From Asterionella formosa (taxonomy: Eukaryota): a stretch of 64,000 nt of DNA. The notes under the pieces are model-generated. The model saw nothing but the letters and a program-made list of their open reading frames with translations, searched no databases and had not been told where the DNA came from. A program made the position numbers and the translations under genes. This document shows positions 12,046-23,212 of this stretch, in pieces (positions within the stretch are counted from its first letter, which is position 1; each line of letters begins with the position of its first letter). Where the stretch lies: positions 1 to 64,000 of the forward strand of contig NKIB01010224.1 in NCBI GenBank assembly GCA_002256025.1, read 5' to 3'.

Positions 12046-13463
12046 TTATCGGTTCTTTGCCATGCGCCATGGGGCATGTTGGCTAAACACAGGAACAAAC
12101 TTATTGATCTCATCCTTCTGAGCCTGTAAGATGCACTCAGTGATCCAAACCAGGTTACGAATCTCCTGTTCCTTGAGCTTGACGTAAGCGTAAAAGACAG
12201 TAAAGTGCATTTGACCTTCAAAGGCTAGTTCCAGCATTTGGACGTCGCGCTCATAGAAGGCGTCATCGATAGACTTTTCACCAGCTCCAGCAGCATGCAC
12301 ATTCCAGATGGACGAGTACTGAGGAAAGAGTTCCAAAACACGGCCAAGCTCGTCTTCGTCAGACACATCCGCCAACATGGCGGTACCGGCGGGATACAAG
12401 TACCCGCAAGCAGGGTAGAGGCGCTTGCGATCAGACGAGCGCATGGCTGGCTCATTGAGAGGAGTGCCAAACGAGTTAAGAGTAATGTTGATGGCGTTAG
12501 TGTCTGCACGGACGTTGAGAAGCTGACCCATCATGGTGGCAGTATCACCACCAAGTTTGGCGACAAACTGGGAAAAGTCCTCAAGCCAGAACTTGATGAG
12601 GGAAGATTTGATAATCTCAATCTCAACTTCCTCAAGAACATTTCGGCTGTCACCACCGTGTACCGATGATTCCTGCAAGAACTGGGAAAAGTAAGGGCCA
12701 ACTGGAGTGTCAACGAGGACGGTCTGGTAAAGATCGGCGTATCCTCGCGCAGTGTTCTCGAAAGTGGGAATGCTACGCATGGTGGACTCCTTGAACATAC
12801 CAAGGGGGTGGCACTGAGCGATAAGCTCGTTGATGTCCCGGCCAGAAAGGGTTCCCTTGAGCAATAGCATAACATTTTCGATCATGTATTCGTAGGTGAT
12901 GAAATCCAAGAAAGTAGCAAGGGGCTCCACAGATTGCGTTCGCAAGTACTGGAACTCAGTGACAAGCTGGAAGCATTGAGCAGAACGTGTTAGAAATTAA
13001 AATGGAAAAATGGATCGTTTCACATCCGCTCAGGATAATTGAACAGCGACGCTATAGCATTCGTCAACAAATCACAGAGACGAAAGCTCTGCGTAATCGT
13101 AAACGTCTCACACGCTTTCGTCCTTGTGACCTACTGCGGAATCAGACCAGCGCAGCTGCACAGGTAGCCATCTTCAGTAAAGTCCGCATATTTCTATCAG
13201 TTTTCAGACCGTACCTTGTCAATAGCAGCCTTCTGGAGCTGATTGGGAGTAATGGAGTTAGTATCCGCCAAAGTCTCACCGTAATCGGTCTCGGTAAGGT
13301 TGAGTCGGACGTCGTCAAGAGTTTCGCACTGCGTCAAGTGGTGGTAATCCGAATCTGCCAGAAAGGACGAGCGCATTCCTCTCACGAGCGCTTCAGGAAA
13401 GCCGTGGAGAATGTTGAAGGTAGCCATGCTACCGGCATCGCTCTTGGGGGCTGGAGTCGTCAT
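12046..13463 (-). CDS. VMA6: V-type H+-ATPase V0 subunit d
   Basis: FNILHGFPEALVRGMRSSFL...LTQCETLDDVRLNL. Intron 12967-13214. YEYMIENVMLLLKG, CHPLGMF, YAYVKLKEQEIRNLVWITECI. Confidence 0.95.
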
Positions 13464-14451
13464 GGTTCTAGCCTGGTCCTTTCGAAACAACAAGGCTAAA
13501 CGATTTGCAACAGTCAAACAGCGCTACAGAAACATTTGTCTGCTTCGACAAGCGAGAGTACCCATATATATGTTATGTATATATTTTATATTCTGCGAAC
13601 TGCTGCTTGGGTAGGCGAGCTCGGTCCAATGCAAGCTGATCTGTCGTACATATCTAGAAGACAGTGAGTGTGGCATAACTAGATGAATATTGAAAATTCA
13701 TACCGGTATATGAATATTCATATGAACATATGGACGAACAAAAAGAAATGATGATCAAAGAAACGATATTTGGTACGTACCCGTATGCCATTTTTATACA
13801 GGACCCGCCCAAAGACCTCCTACTGGTACGTCTGTGGATCCACCAGATTAAATACCCTGGTAGCAGGTACCGGTACCTGTTACCAGTAATCAAATGTACT
13901 GGCATGGCGTGCGCCGACTACATTCTGGTCCTGATACCGGGAGCAGAAATAGGAGTACCACAGTACCAGGTACTCCGCCGAAATACAGGTAAGTTGGAGC
14001 CTCAAAAGATGATAGAAGGTTGATTTGTTCGTTCTCGGCCAGAATCGTTTTTACCTGCTGATCCTCATTGATACACCTATCGGTGTACTTGTGATTTTCA
14101 GAGCAACCACTGCCATCACATTGACATAATGGAGTGCTATCCATTTTTGTCGTTCATGTTCACGTTGCCGTCGACAGCAATGTACGGCCTAGCCTAGGAA
14201 TATCGCAATGCTTATTAAACTAAGCAGAACAGCAAGAAAAGCTTTGCAGGATCAAAAAAATTTAAAGACAGAACTGAGGTCCCCCACCACATGCTCTTGA
14301 TGCCATGACAAAATTCCACGTCAATATACAACGAAATGCAATCACATCTAAAATCATTTAAGATTTAATCTTGTTTTACTCGAAAAATCATTCTTGCAAA
14401 ATATCAACAGGAACTATTGTAGCATAACTCAACGAAGAAACTGCTTCACTT

Positions 14452-15953
14452 CTAATCTGATCCTAAGAACCCAGATCGCCGCAGATTCTGCCATTATTTG
14501 AAGCATGAAAAGGGTTAGGTCATGTTAATCCCGTGAGGATACATAAAAACACACCAGAACGTACGTCTGTCATTATGATAGTTCGTGTTGAATCAAGGAC
14601 GAACTCCATATTATTGGTGTCAGTTGCACATGTTACGTGGATGAAAGAGTCGTTAAATTCGTCATCGATCAAACAGTCCTTAAACTTCTGAATGAAGTAA
14701 AGAACCCCATGATCAAAGTCTTTTGGAGGGCCAGCGTAGTCGTAGAACGGTCGTTGTGCTGCGATATCACTGAACAAAATTTTTTCCGCGAAGATATCCT
14801 TTTTATTCAAGAATAGCATAATGGATGTATTAGCAAACGCCCGATTGTTACAGACGGATCGGAACAATTCCAGAGTCTCGACCATTCTGTTGGTTCGTTT
14901 CGATTCAGCTAGTGTCTGATCGAACTCGGAGAGAGCAGCGACGAAAATGACAGCATCCACGTTATCGAAACAGTCGATCCATTTACGCCTTTCTGATCGC
15001 TGCCCACCAACATCATACATTTCAAAATCAATACCGTCAATACGGTATCGCTCCATAACTACTTGCGTAGTTCTCACACGAGCAAGCAGGATGTCTTGAG
15101 TTGTGGGTTTAAAGGATGGCGATGCGATTCGCATAATATCCTGAAAGTATTCCTTGTGGCCATCAATTACGTTGACTGCTGCACGTTTTGACCACACTTC
15201 TTTCATTGTCTTTGACTAAGTTTGCGCATGAGGAGAATAAGTTTGTTAGTAACGAGACACTATAAAATGCACAATTCAAGTCGATTGATATTCCTCTTAG
15301 ATAGAACCGTCGATCTAGCTGAAACTGACCTGCCAGAGGATCCGGATAGCATGAACGTGTTGCAAGAACTGCTTGGCGTCGTTATTCGCCGCCAGTCCTG
15401 CGCGAGGACTTTGACCAACCCAGTCACGAGTAACCGTATCGTTACCTCCGTTCTGGAGTGCGCCTTCTGGCATACTAGCAGTGTTATCCACAATATTGGC
15501 GATGAGCTCCTCATAGGCCTCCCAAGGGGTCATGTTTGGAGCGCCGTCTTCCGGTTCCGGAGCGGGCTCTTTTCGAAGGGCATCTTCAAGCTCGAGATGT
15601 CGCAAGTGGCTACAAAGCTTCCTCGTTGCGACAATCACATTCGATCGAATCACGACTCCGTACATTCGCAAGTCGTCTTCGGGCCTCGGGGCACCGTGCA
15701 GAATACGCATTTGTTTGAATACGGTACTCTTTCCAGATTCACCAGCACCCAGGAGAAGGAGCTTGACTTTGCCCTCCTCCTGTTGTCGTGCTCGATCCAA
15801 GTCTCGATCGATACCACCTGATTTTGCTAGTTCAGCTGGGTCGTCGATAACAACGGACCTGCGGCCAACTGGTTGGTCGTAGGGGCTGTTGCTGACTGCA
15901 ACTTGAGGCGGCGAAGGCGACGCTGCCCCCTCAGTGGATGAACCGCAACCCAT
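14452..15953 (-). CDS. Heterotrimeric G protein alpha subunit
   Basis: MGCGSS lipidation motif, KLLLLGAGESGKST, DILLARVRT, DVGGQRSERRKWI, LFLNKKD, TCATDT. Introns at 15216-15329 and 14488-14564. The last exon reads NLRRSGFLGSD*. Confidence 0.95.
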
Positions 15954-16869
15954 TCGATTTTGGGGGTCTCACCGAAGAGGAAGGAGGCGAATCTGGGACT
16001 ATTCAATGAAATGCAATGAAGATATCAAACGTTGCAGCTTAGCTGCCAACAACGATGGTTCAGAATACAGGTACCGGTATACTTTTTATTGACTTAACTC
16101 CCGGTATACGTATGAAATACAGGTCCAGTAGAGCAACTCTAGTCGCAATGGTACCTGGTACTGGGGAAGATGCAGTAGGTAAGGCAAAAAAAGGAAAGCC
16201 AATCAAGCAAGGGATGATCAGCACAGAAAAAGGAAGGGCAATAAGAACGCAGATATAGATATACATTCACAAGGAACAAGATATAAAGGCACTTACCTTT
16301 ATAGGAACCCAAGTTTCGGGAGGGGAGGGGAGTGAAGTGTGGCCTATCGACCGTCTCGGTTTCGTCAATGGATTTCTTTCCTTTGCTTCCGTTTGTCCAC
16401 AACACAACAAGTTGGCTTCTCAATAGGAAGACAATGGACTAACAACAACAAGGGCGATCGAAGACCGAGTGACGTTGATGTTGCCGTTTTGTTTATGCGT
16501 CGGCACGCAACGTTCTCACTTAGTCAAGCCACAAATATGGCACATGTAGTACCGGTAAACTTGGGTACATGTACGTGCTCCAGAATCCAGACAATAGCAT
16601 ATGTAGCAGGACCAAAGTATCGTTCATTTAACAAGCGGTACCAGGTACCAGGTACGGAAAACATGTACCAAATGCCAAGCACCGGTGTTTACAGATGAGA
16701 AATCTAAGATATGGTTCCTGGATTTGAACCCCTAGCTCGAGGTAGGGTTAAAAGAATAATATTGATTCATTCTAATCAAACAAGTACCGGTAGTTTCCAA
16801 GGGCAGAATAAAGAAGTATATCACTAATTGGAGCTTTCACCATTGAACACCTTTTCCATATCATGCTTA

Positions 16870-17900
16870 GAACATTTCCACCACATCAACCAAATACCAA
16901 AGCCAATTGCAGTTGAAAATATCAATACACATCACTTGGCCAAGAATTTTAAAATCAGAAGTCGAAAATTTCATATTTTTTCCCATTGCATCAACCAAAT
17001 CCTAAAATAGTCAAATCTCGCACCTAAAATTTTTGCCAATAGAAATAGAGCTAAATTGTAGTCGAGCATGTATCACTCTTAATTCATGAAGCAGCCGCAT
17101 GCATACCTTATTCTTACACAGCTAGCAATATGCCTATCTGGTACAGCCCATCAAAAACTACTACAGCTATGTACATGAATATTGGTCATAGAGAATTGTG
17201 GCTTTACGTGATTATTTATACACTGCAACAATGAGCAACAACAGTGACTTGTCAGATGATGATCATTTCTTCCACTTCTGCAATATGTGGAAGCAAAGCG
17301 AGAAGGCCAAGCAAGAAAGAAGAAAAAAGGGAGGAGGATTGAAGGTGGGAATGGCGTTCAATCTCAATCGTTTTTGGACAGACTACAATAAGCTTTTGAA
17401 TAAAGATTATTTTGGTGAAAACCCGATTTACTCAACAACAATTTTCAGGAGGCGCTTCCTGATGAGCTGGTCATTGTCTGATAAGATTCTTGTTGATTTG
17501 TTTGCTTCGTATTTGTACTTTTCTCGGAAGAAGGATGCCTAGGTTTACTGTGATTTTCGCCACACCAAAAACAACACTCAACAATCTGCAACACTTCTGT
17601 AATGCAATAATCAATAGGTATGGAACAGAGAATCTTAGAGTTCCGAGGACCAAAGAGGACCTTGAGATGATTCAAACAGAGGATCATTTCAAGGAAAAGA
17701 ATGAGTGGTGACTATTCCTTTGTAATCTGCGGTTGATTGTAGCTAGGCTTTGGTTCTGGCATGCATGGCTTGGAATGCCGGTGGACCCTTCTCCATTTTT
17801 CCATAATTTGTCAGTTGGAAGGACTCTGAAAGTAAACTTTGCCATCGACAAACAACAACACAATCTGGGGTATTATTTGGTTGATAAAATCTTCCCAAAT
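16870..17900 (+). mobile_element. Eroded PIF/Harbinger element, related to the copy at 39510-42351
   Basis: TTA followed by GAACATTTCCACCACATCAACCAAATACCAAAGCC, a variant of the left TIR. The transposase remnant reads MSNNSDLSDDD...KDYFGENPIYSTTIFRRRFLM...RLWFWHAWLGMP...HNLGYYLVDKIFP, with deletions. The right boundary is not resolved and may extend to ~18900. Confidence 0.8.
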
Positions 17901-19309
17901 TGTCACACCACTCCGGGTACTGCTCTGCTGAATTTTACGCCCCCACCATGGTGTCTTCGGTCAAGGCAGCATGCGCTGCTGCCCCTCCGAGTAATCCTCC
18001 TATGGACAGCAACAATAACCGCTTTGCTCCTGTCAATACTCGACAAAAGAAAGCGCCCGAATGCACAAACCAGAACTCCAAGCTTGACATCTGCCTGGGC
18101 ATGAATGCCTACTATACTATTAGGCGCCTCCAACCATCCTGCCTGGCCCTTGCTTCCCTCATCTTCTTTCACTCATTTCACTCATCACTCTCTCTGTCGC
18201 TATCATGCGAAACAAGAAGAAGTACTCTTTCCAGCTGCAATCATCCACTCCCCCCATTACAGTGTCATTTCTTATTTATCATCTCCACTCACATATCTTT
18301 GCTGATCCTACCTTGACTTACTCTGCATGGCCTCCAGCCAATGGATTCCATCAGATGTGCTCTAACCTTGTTCTGCTTACTACATTTCATTCTGACAATC
18401 AACTGCCAGGATTCTCAATTCAAATTCATCAAAATGGCAATAAACATTGCCAAAAATGCTTTCTGTGTCTCCCAAGACCCTTCTCTCTTGCTCTCTTATT
18501 ATGTCTTGGTCGAGCTACACTCCTCATAGTGATCCCGGATTTTCATTTCAAAACAATTCTCCAAAAATGTTTGTGCAGTTTTAATATTTGCTAACTATTA
18601 ATTGATTGGCCTTCCCATCTGCTCGCTTTTCCCTCTTCTGTTCTACACATCACTCCTAACCCTCTAACAGCCCAAGAATGGGCTCCTTGCCCTTGCTCAC
18701 AATCTCTAGCTATGGTTGTTTTACCTCCAATCTGCAACCCCAAAGAGTTCTGTGATGGACTCTCCCTCTTTTGTCATTCCCTTAGAGGCCATATGGGCCC
18801 TAGTGCAACTCCAAGTACTCCATTAGATTCAAGTTTCAATATAAGCATACTTAAGATTTATTTGCCTACTTTGGTCAGTGCTGCTCATCACTTCTAGTCA
18901 CGATGTTGCTGGAAGGGAGGTGAAAATGAGGACACTGACGTCACTTCTCATTTAATTTATTGATATTGTTAGTTTTGTTCAGCTAGTGTACTAGCTCACC
19001 AGATTGCTGTGGTGAACCAATAAACCATCAAAATATTAAATGCTGCAACATACACACACATATTTATATATAAGTACTTCTCCACAGAAAGGTGTAGTGA
19101 TGCAGCACTGGCCTGCAGATTAAAACAGAAACAGTATACAGGAGCCATGCTTCTATTTCATCCCAACTAGAAAAAAACTACATGTCAACTCCACACCTTG
19201 AGAATCATTGCTAAATCACTAAAGGTAAAACTGATTGACAAATGTACAATGCCAGAGGGTAATGCACACAAATGCACAATACTAACCAGGCGTTTGCATC
19301 AGCCCACGC

Positions 19310-19867
19310 TTATATAACAGCGTCCTTCATTTCGACATCACCAGTAATAACCTCAAGATGTGGTGGCGTCTTTAGGTATGGGATGAAGTAACGAGTTGTC
19401 GTACATGTTACGCCTGTCAAATCATTTGTGATGGTCAGATCCTGCACCATTATGGACCTATCTTGCTCTTGCAACAAATTCTTTGTTTCCACAACCTTGG
19501 CCAATCCATTTAACGACTGAAGTGAGGATTGAATACATAAATGACCTGGGTGATCCGACATGGCCAACGATTTCTTTTCTCTGTTGCCCGGTGGCAACAA
19601 AACAACGTGTTCCACCCCCAGCTCGAGTTCGACCGTGATGTCAGCGTTTACCCTCGATCGCTTGACTATCTCGACGCTGTCTTTGTCCATAGTAATGGTG
19701 AGAAACGTATCAAATTCCGCTTCTCCCTTGTCATGAGCCTCCAAGGCGAGCTCATTGACACCCATTGTTTCGAGGTAAGATCTCATGGAGGGATTTCCCC
19801 TACCCCTGTCCAAAATCCAACAGCCGTTTAGCGACGATCGTTTCATGCTCGGATCATCGTCTGACAT
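19310..19867 (-). CDS. Hypothetical protein, possibly calycin/FABP-like beta-barrel
   Basis: Intact 185-aa ORF. The N-terminal LNGCWILDR...SMRSYLETMGVN resembles the FABP GxW...Y(L/M)xxxGV start. Confidence 0.6.
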   Translation of the reverse strand: MSDDDPSMKRSSLNGCWILDRGRGNPSMRSYLETMGVNELALEAHDKGEAEFDTFLTITMDKDSVEIVKRSRVNADITVELELGVEHVVLLPPGNREKKSLAMSDHPGHLCIQSSLQSLNGLAKVVETKNLLQEQDRSIMVQDLTITNDLTGVTCTTTRYFIPYLKTPPHLEVITGDVEMKDAVI

Positions 19868-20769
19868 GGTGGCAACTGATGGCTGGACGCTAGAAAAGTT
19901 GGCGAATATACCGTACCGGTAGTTGACTTCGCTTTATTGACAAATCATGGAGGCGAAGCACTTTGTCGACCCGATGACACGAGTAAGAATGCATAAAAAG
20001 AACTGCTATATATTTTTGTACGTACCTGTCCTCCATGTACAAATTGAGCTTAAGGCATGTATCGTATTGTCTACATAGATAGGGGTGCCAGGTACCGGTA
20101 GTCTACCGTAGAGTGTTGTGTATGTATAGCTGTACTCCGCTACCTATGTGCATGTGAGGTGACTTCAAACAAGTACCAGATACATGGTTCTACCGGTACT
20201 GGGTACACATTGTAAGTTTGTACGACATCAACATTTTGCCGCCCCGACTTTGGCTGCTGTGGCACATAAATATACTGATAGGAATTCGAGTAGTCCGACT
20301 AAGTTTACCTTTTACCACTTGCTTGCCTCTTTCGTCATCACGCTCACTCTTTTTCACTCAGGTGTGTAGTTGATTTGTTCGACCATGGCGGCATCGAAAG
20401 CAATGACTCTCCACTCGATGCAATGTCTTTTGGCGTATAATGTTGAGATCGGAAGACCCGAGGTGTTTTGAGAGAAGAAAGTGGAACTTCGTCATGGTGC
20501 AGGTTGGTGGTCACAGCCACATAACCTATTTTGATCGCGCAATTCAGATTCCTGCAGCCAGTGTCCAGCATGTCAGAGGCATGTATGGATGGTCAATGGA
20601 CATGAGAATTGATGGAAAGGAGACATGCTTGTTTGTTTACGCACCCAAGTTTTCTGCATTTGTTTAAATTTCAGGACGCTTGAGTTTCTTTTCATCAATC
20701 ATTAACCTTCGTTTCGATTGACTTACCCTGCAACTTTCTCGCCCATTTTTGCCAGATTATATTGTTACA

Positions 20770-20958
20770 ATGGCTGAAACTCGCAAACCAAACAAACTAT
20801 ACGCCACTGCCCCAAAGGGATACGGAAAAGGAGCCCGTCCATGTGTTGTTACCGGACGCCTGGGAGGTCAGGGACTAGTCCGCAAGTATGGAATTAATAT
20901 GAAGCGTCAGGTGTTCCGTGAGCGCGCAATTGACATGGGATGGGTGAAGTACAGCTAA
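20770..20958 (+). CDS. RPS29: 40S ribosomal protein S29 (uS14)
   Basis: PKGYGKGARPCVVT...GLVRKYGINMKRQVFRERAIDMGWVKY matches the S29 pattern apart from the cysteines. Confidence 0.9.
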   Translation: MAETRKPNKLYATAPKGYGKGARPCVVTGRLGGQGLVRKYGINMKRQVFRERAIDMGWVKYS

Positions 20959-21334
20959 AATCTAAGTCATTTGGTTGAAACTAGAAAATGTGTTTGATTT
21001 CCTACAGTTGGACTATTTTAAAAGTTGCCGTTTTTACCGTAAGCTTCATTCATAATTGCAAAATGGTTCGTTCCAAACAGAAAGGTTTTGGCCTGGCAAC
21101 AGTGGTATCTTGGTACCCGACCATTGGAACTCATGGTGCACCATACTTTCAGAATGGTCCAGGTATCCGGACCTTGTATTTGTGGTTTTGGCAAAAGAAA
21201 AGGCGCCAACAGCAAAGCATAGATTCAGGTAAAGCAGCGTTCCAGGGATTGAGCGTTAAAGAGAGAAAAAATAAGCCGCTTCTGACAGCTCATGTAGAAT
21301 TTGGTGCTTTTGAAATTCTTGCTACTCCAACAAC

Positions 21335-22513
21335 TCATGACGTTTTCTTCGTTTTCAATAAGGATCCATCTGCAAGGATGCGAAAAACATTTTTGGCGTA
21401 AATAGCGTTTGGCTTGCTATTTGCCAGGTGAGCTTCTACTTGCTTAGCTGCATTGAGCTGCGACCGCCTCAACAAGTTGATTGTCGAATGAGGTGTCCAT
21501 CGAACTGCATCATTTGCTCGGGCAATTTCATATGGATCTGGTAACTTCGTTGTCTCCGAGCTCATTGCATTGATGAAACCATTCACCATCGATGCAGGGA
21601 GAGCATGGCCAGGAAGGACCTTGTCATGACCAATGGCAGCAGCCTCATATTTAGGATGAAACCAGGCCCGGCCAATGACAGAGTCAGCTCCAGAAATTTT
21701 GACAGATGGTTCAATCAAATTATCACACAAATCAGCAAAGTCTAGAAAGCTGTCGTCGTAAGATGATGGAACAACGAGGAGTACAGTAGACAACTCATCT
21801 TCCGGGGTAGTGGCAATCTGCGATACACATTCCCAAAATGCTGAAGCAGCAGATGCGGCTCGACAGGGATATCCAATACCAGATTGAGCATGACGAACAA
21901 TCACGGGACCTTCTCTGACTTTTGCCAGCTCCAAACCGACGGCTCCTCGTTGCAGCGAGACTGTATGTGGACAAAGTTTCAATCTGCAAAGAGTGCCGGT
22001 CACCCATCGTTCTGTCGCTGAAATCTTTCTTTGCTGTTGTGCACCAGACAAAGTAAGCTCATTTTCTGCCGTCATATGTCTCCATGAAAGTTCCAGCTTT
22101 GTGGCAGGCACTTGAGGCCAAGATGCTGTGGCTACATGGACCCCTCCTAGCTTGTCGGAGTTGGCGACAATCACAGTCGCTAAACCCTCCAAAATAGCGG
22201 CAGATTCCAGTGTTGGAAACCATAATGTTTTGCTTCTTATTTGACCGGTTTTTCCATTGTTAAGCTCTTGGAATATACGGGTTGCTAGCTCGTATCCTTC
22301 GTTTGCATTTATCTCCCAGAAGCAAGCGCCACTTGAAGCCAGTTCACAGTCTTTCTTCAGCGCATGTTCTTGTCCCAATCCCAATCGAACGGCTGGTGGT
22401 AATGTTAAGCATTTCGTGATGAATCTAGGATGGTTGGAGGCTAAGACGTGCAGAAATGGTGCAAACAATACGAACAGCATTAAAATCCCAAACGAATCTT
22501 GAACGATTCCCAT
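21335..22513 (-). CDS. Hypothetical protein with N-terminal signal and a DUF1415-like C-terminal domain
   Basis: Hydrophobic N-terminus. Motifs WV...LKLCPHT, TVLLVVP, WFHPKY, RWTPHSTINLLR, IYAKN resemble DUF1415. Confidence 0.65.
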   Translation of the reverse strand: MGIVQDSFGILMLFVLFAPFLHVLASNHPRFITKCLTLPPAVRLGLGQEHALKKDCELASSGACFWEINANEGYELATRIFQELNNGKTGQIRSKTLWFPTLESAAILEGLATVIVANSDKLGGVHVATASWPQVPATKLELSWRHMTAENELTLSGAQQQRKISATERWVTGTLCRLKLCPHTVSLQRGAVGLELAKVREGPVIVRHAQSGIGYPCRAASAASAFWECVSQIATTPEDELSTVLLVVPSSYDDSFLDFADLCDNLIEPSVKISGADSVIGRAWFHPKYEAAAIGHDKVLPGHALPASMVNGFINAMSSETTKLPDPYEIARANDAVRWTPHSTINLLRRSQLNAAKQVEAHLANSKPNAIYAKNVFRILADGSLLKTKKTS

Positions 22514-22652
22514 CCTCAGGATGGTGAAGTAATACGATGTATTACCGATGACATACCGATACCTGGTTGTCAACTGGCCGATGCTCAAATGATCACTTAA
22601 CTACCGGTACCTGGTACCGGTATAGAAAACTACCGGCACCAGGTAACGGGTA

Positions 22653-22753
22653 CCAGCAAGTTGCGGTCATTTGTTGGCTGGCTAAAATACAATTTAATAT
22701 AGGATAAAGGCAGCTAAAGTTTTAGTTTCAGCACAATTACCTCAACTTGCAGG
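22653..22753. mobile_element. TA-flanked ~100-bp MITE, copy 1
   Basis: TA-CCAGCAAGTTGCGGTCA...TACCTCAACTTGCAGG-TA. Its reverse complement aligns along its length with 61829-61923. Confidence 0.7.
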
Positions 22754-23212
22754 TACCAGTACTAGGTACCGGTCCTTCTGTACTAACTAAGACCCTGCAA
22801 CTCGTAGCTGGTGGTAACAGGTACCATCACCTACTTATAGCTCGTAGGCTACATGTCTAAATACTACGTATGGCACACAACACAGTACCAGGGTACCTGG
22901 TACCAGTACCTAATATTTACGACGAGGACTGTACCGGGTAATAGGTAAACGGAACCCCTACAGCATTGCCAAGGCCGCTGATGTTGTTGGGACGCCAACA
23001 GGATAGTAGGAACATTCATAACATCCCGCCCCTTGGCTACCGGATTCGCGTCCAAGAAGTCCTCATTTTGTGATCCAACACCATTGCAACCTATACGTCA
23101 ACGACAGGACAACCGTTTCAGCAGAGCGTTTCAGCAGAGCCTTCCAGCAGACTCATTTTTTGTTTTCCTAAATCATCCATTAGTTGTTCTTGAGGTCAAA
23201 CACATCATTGCC

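Noticed and set aside
12987..13499. 170-aa plus-strand ORF, and similar antisense ORFs over AP1G, G-alpha, SEC24 and TOP1
   Set aside because: These are shadows of real genes on the opposite strand or in another frame.
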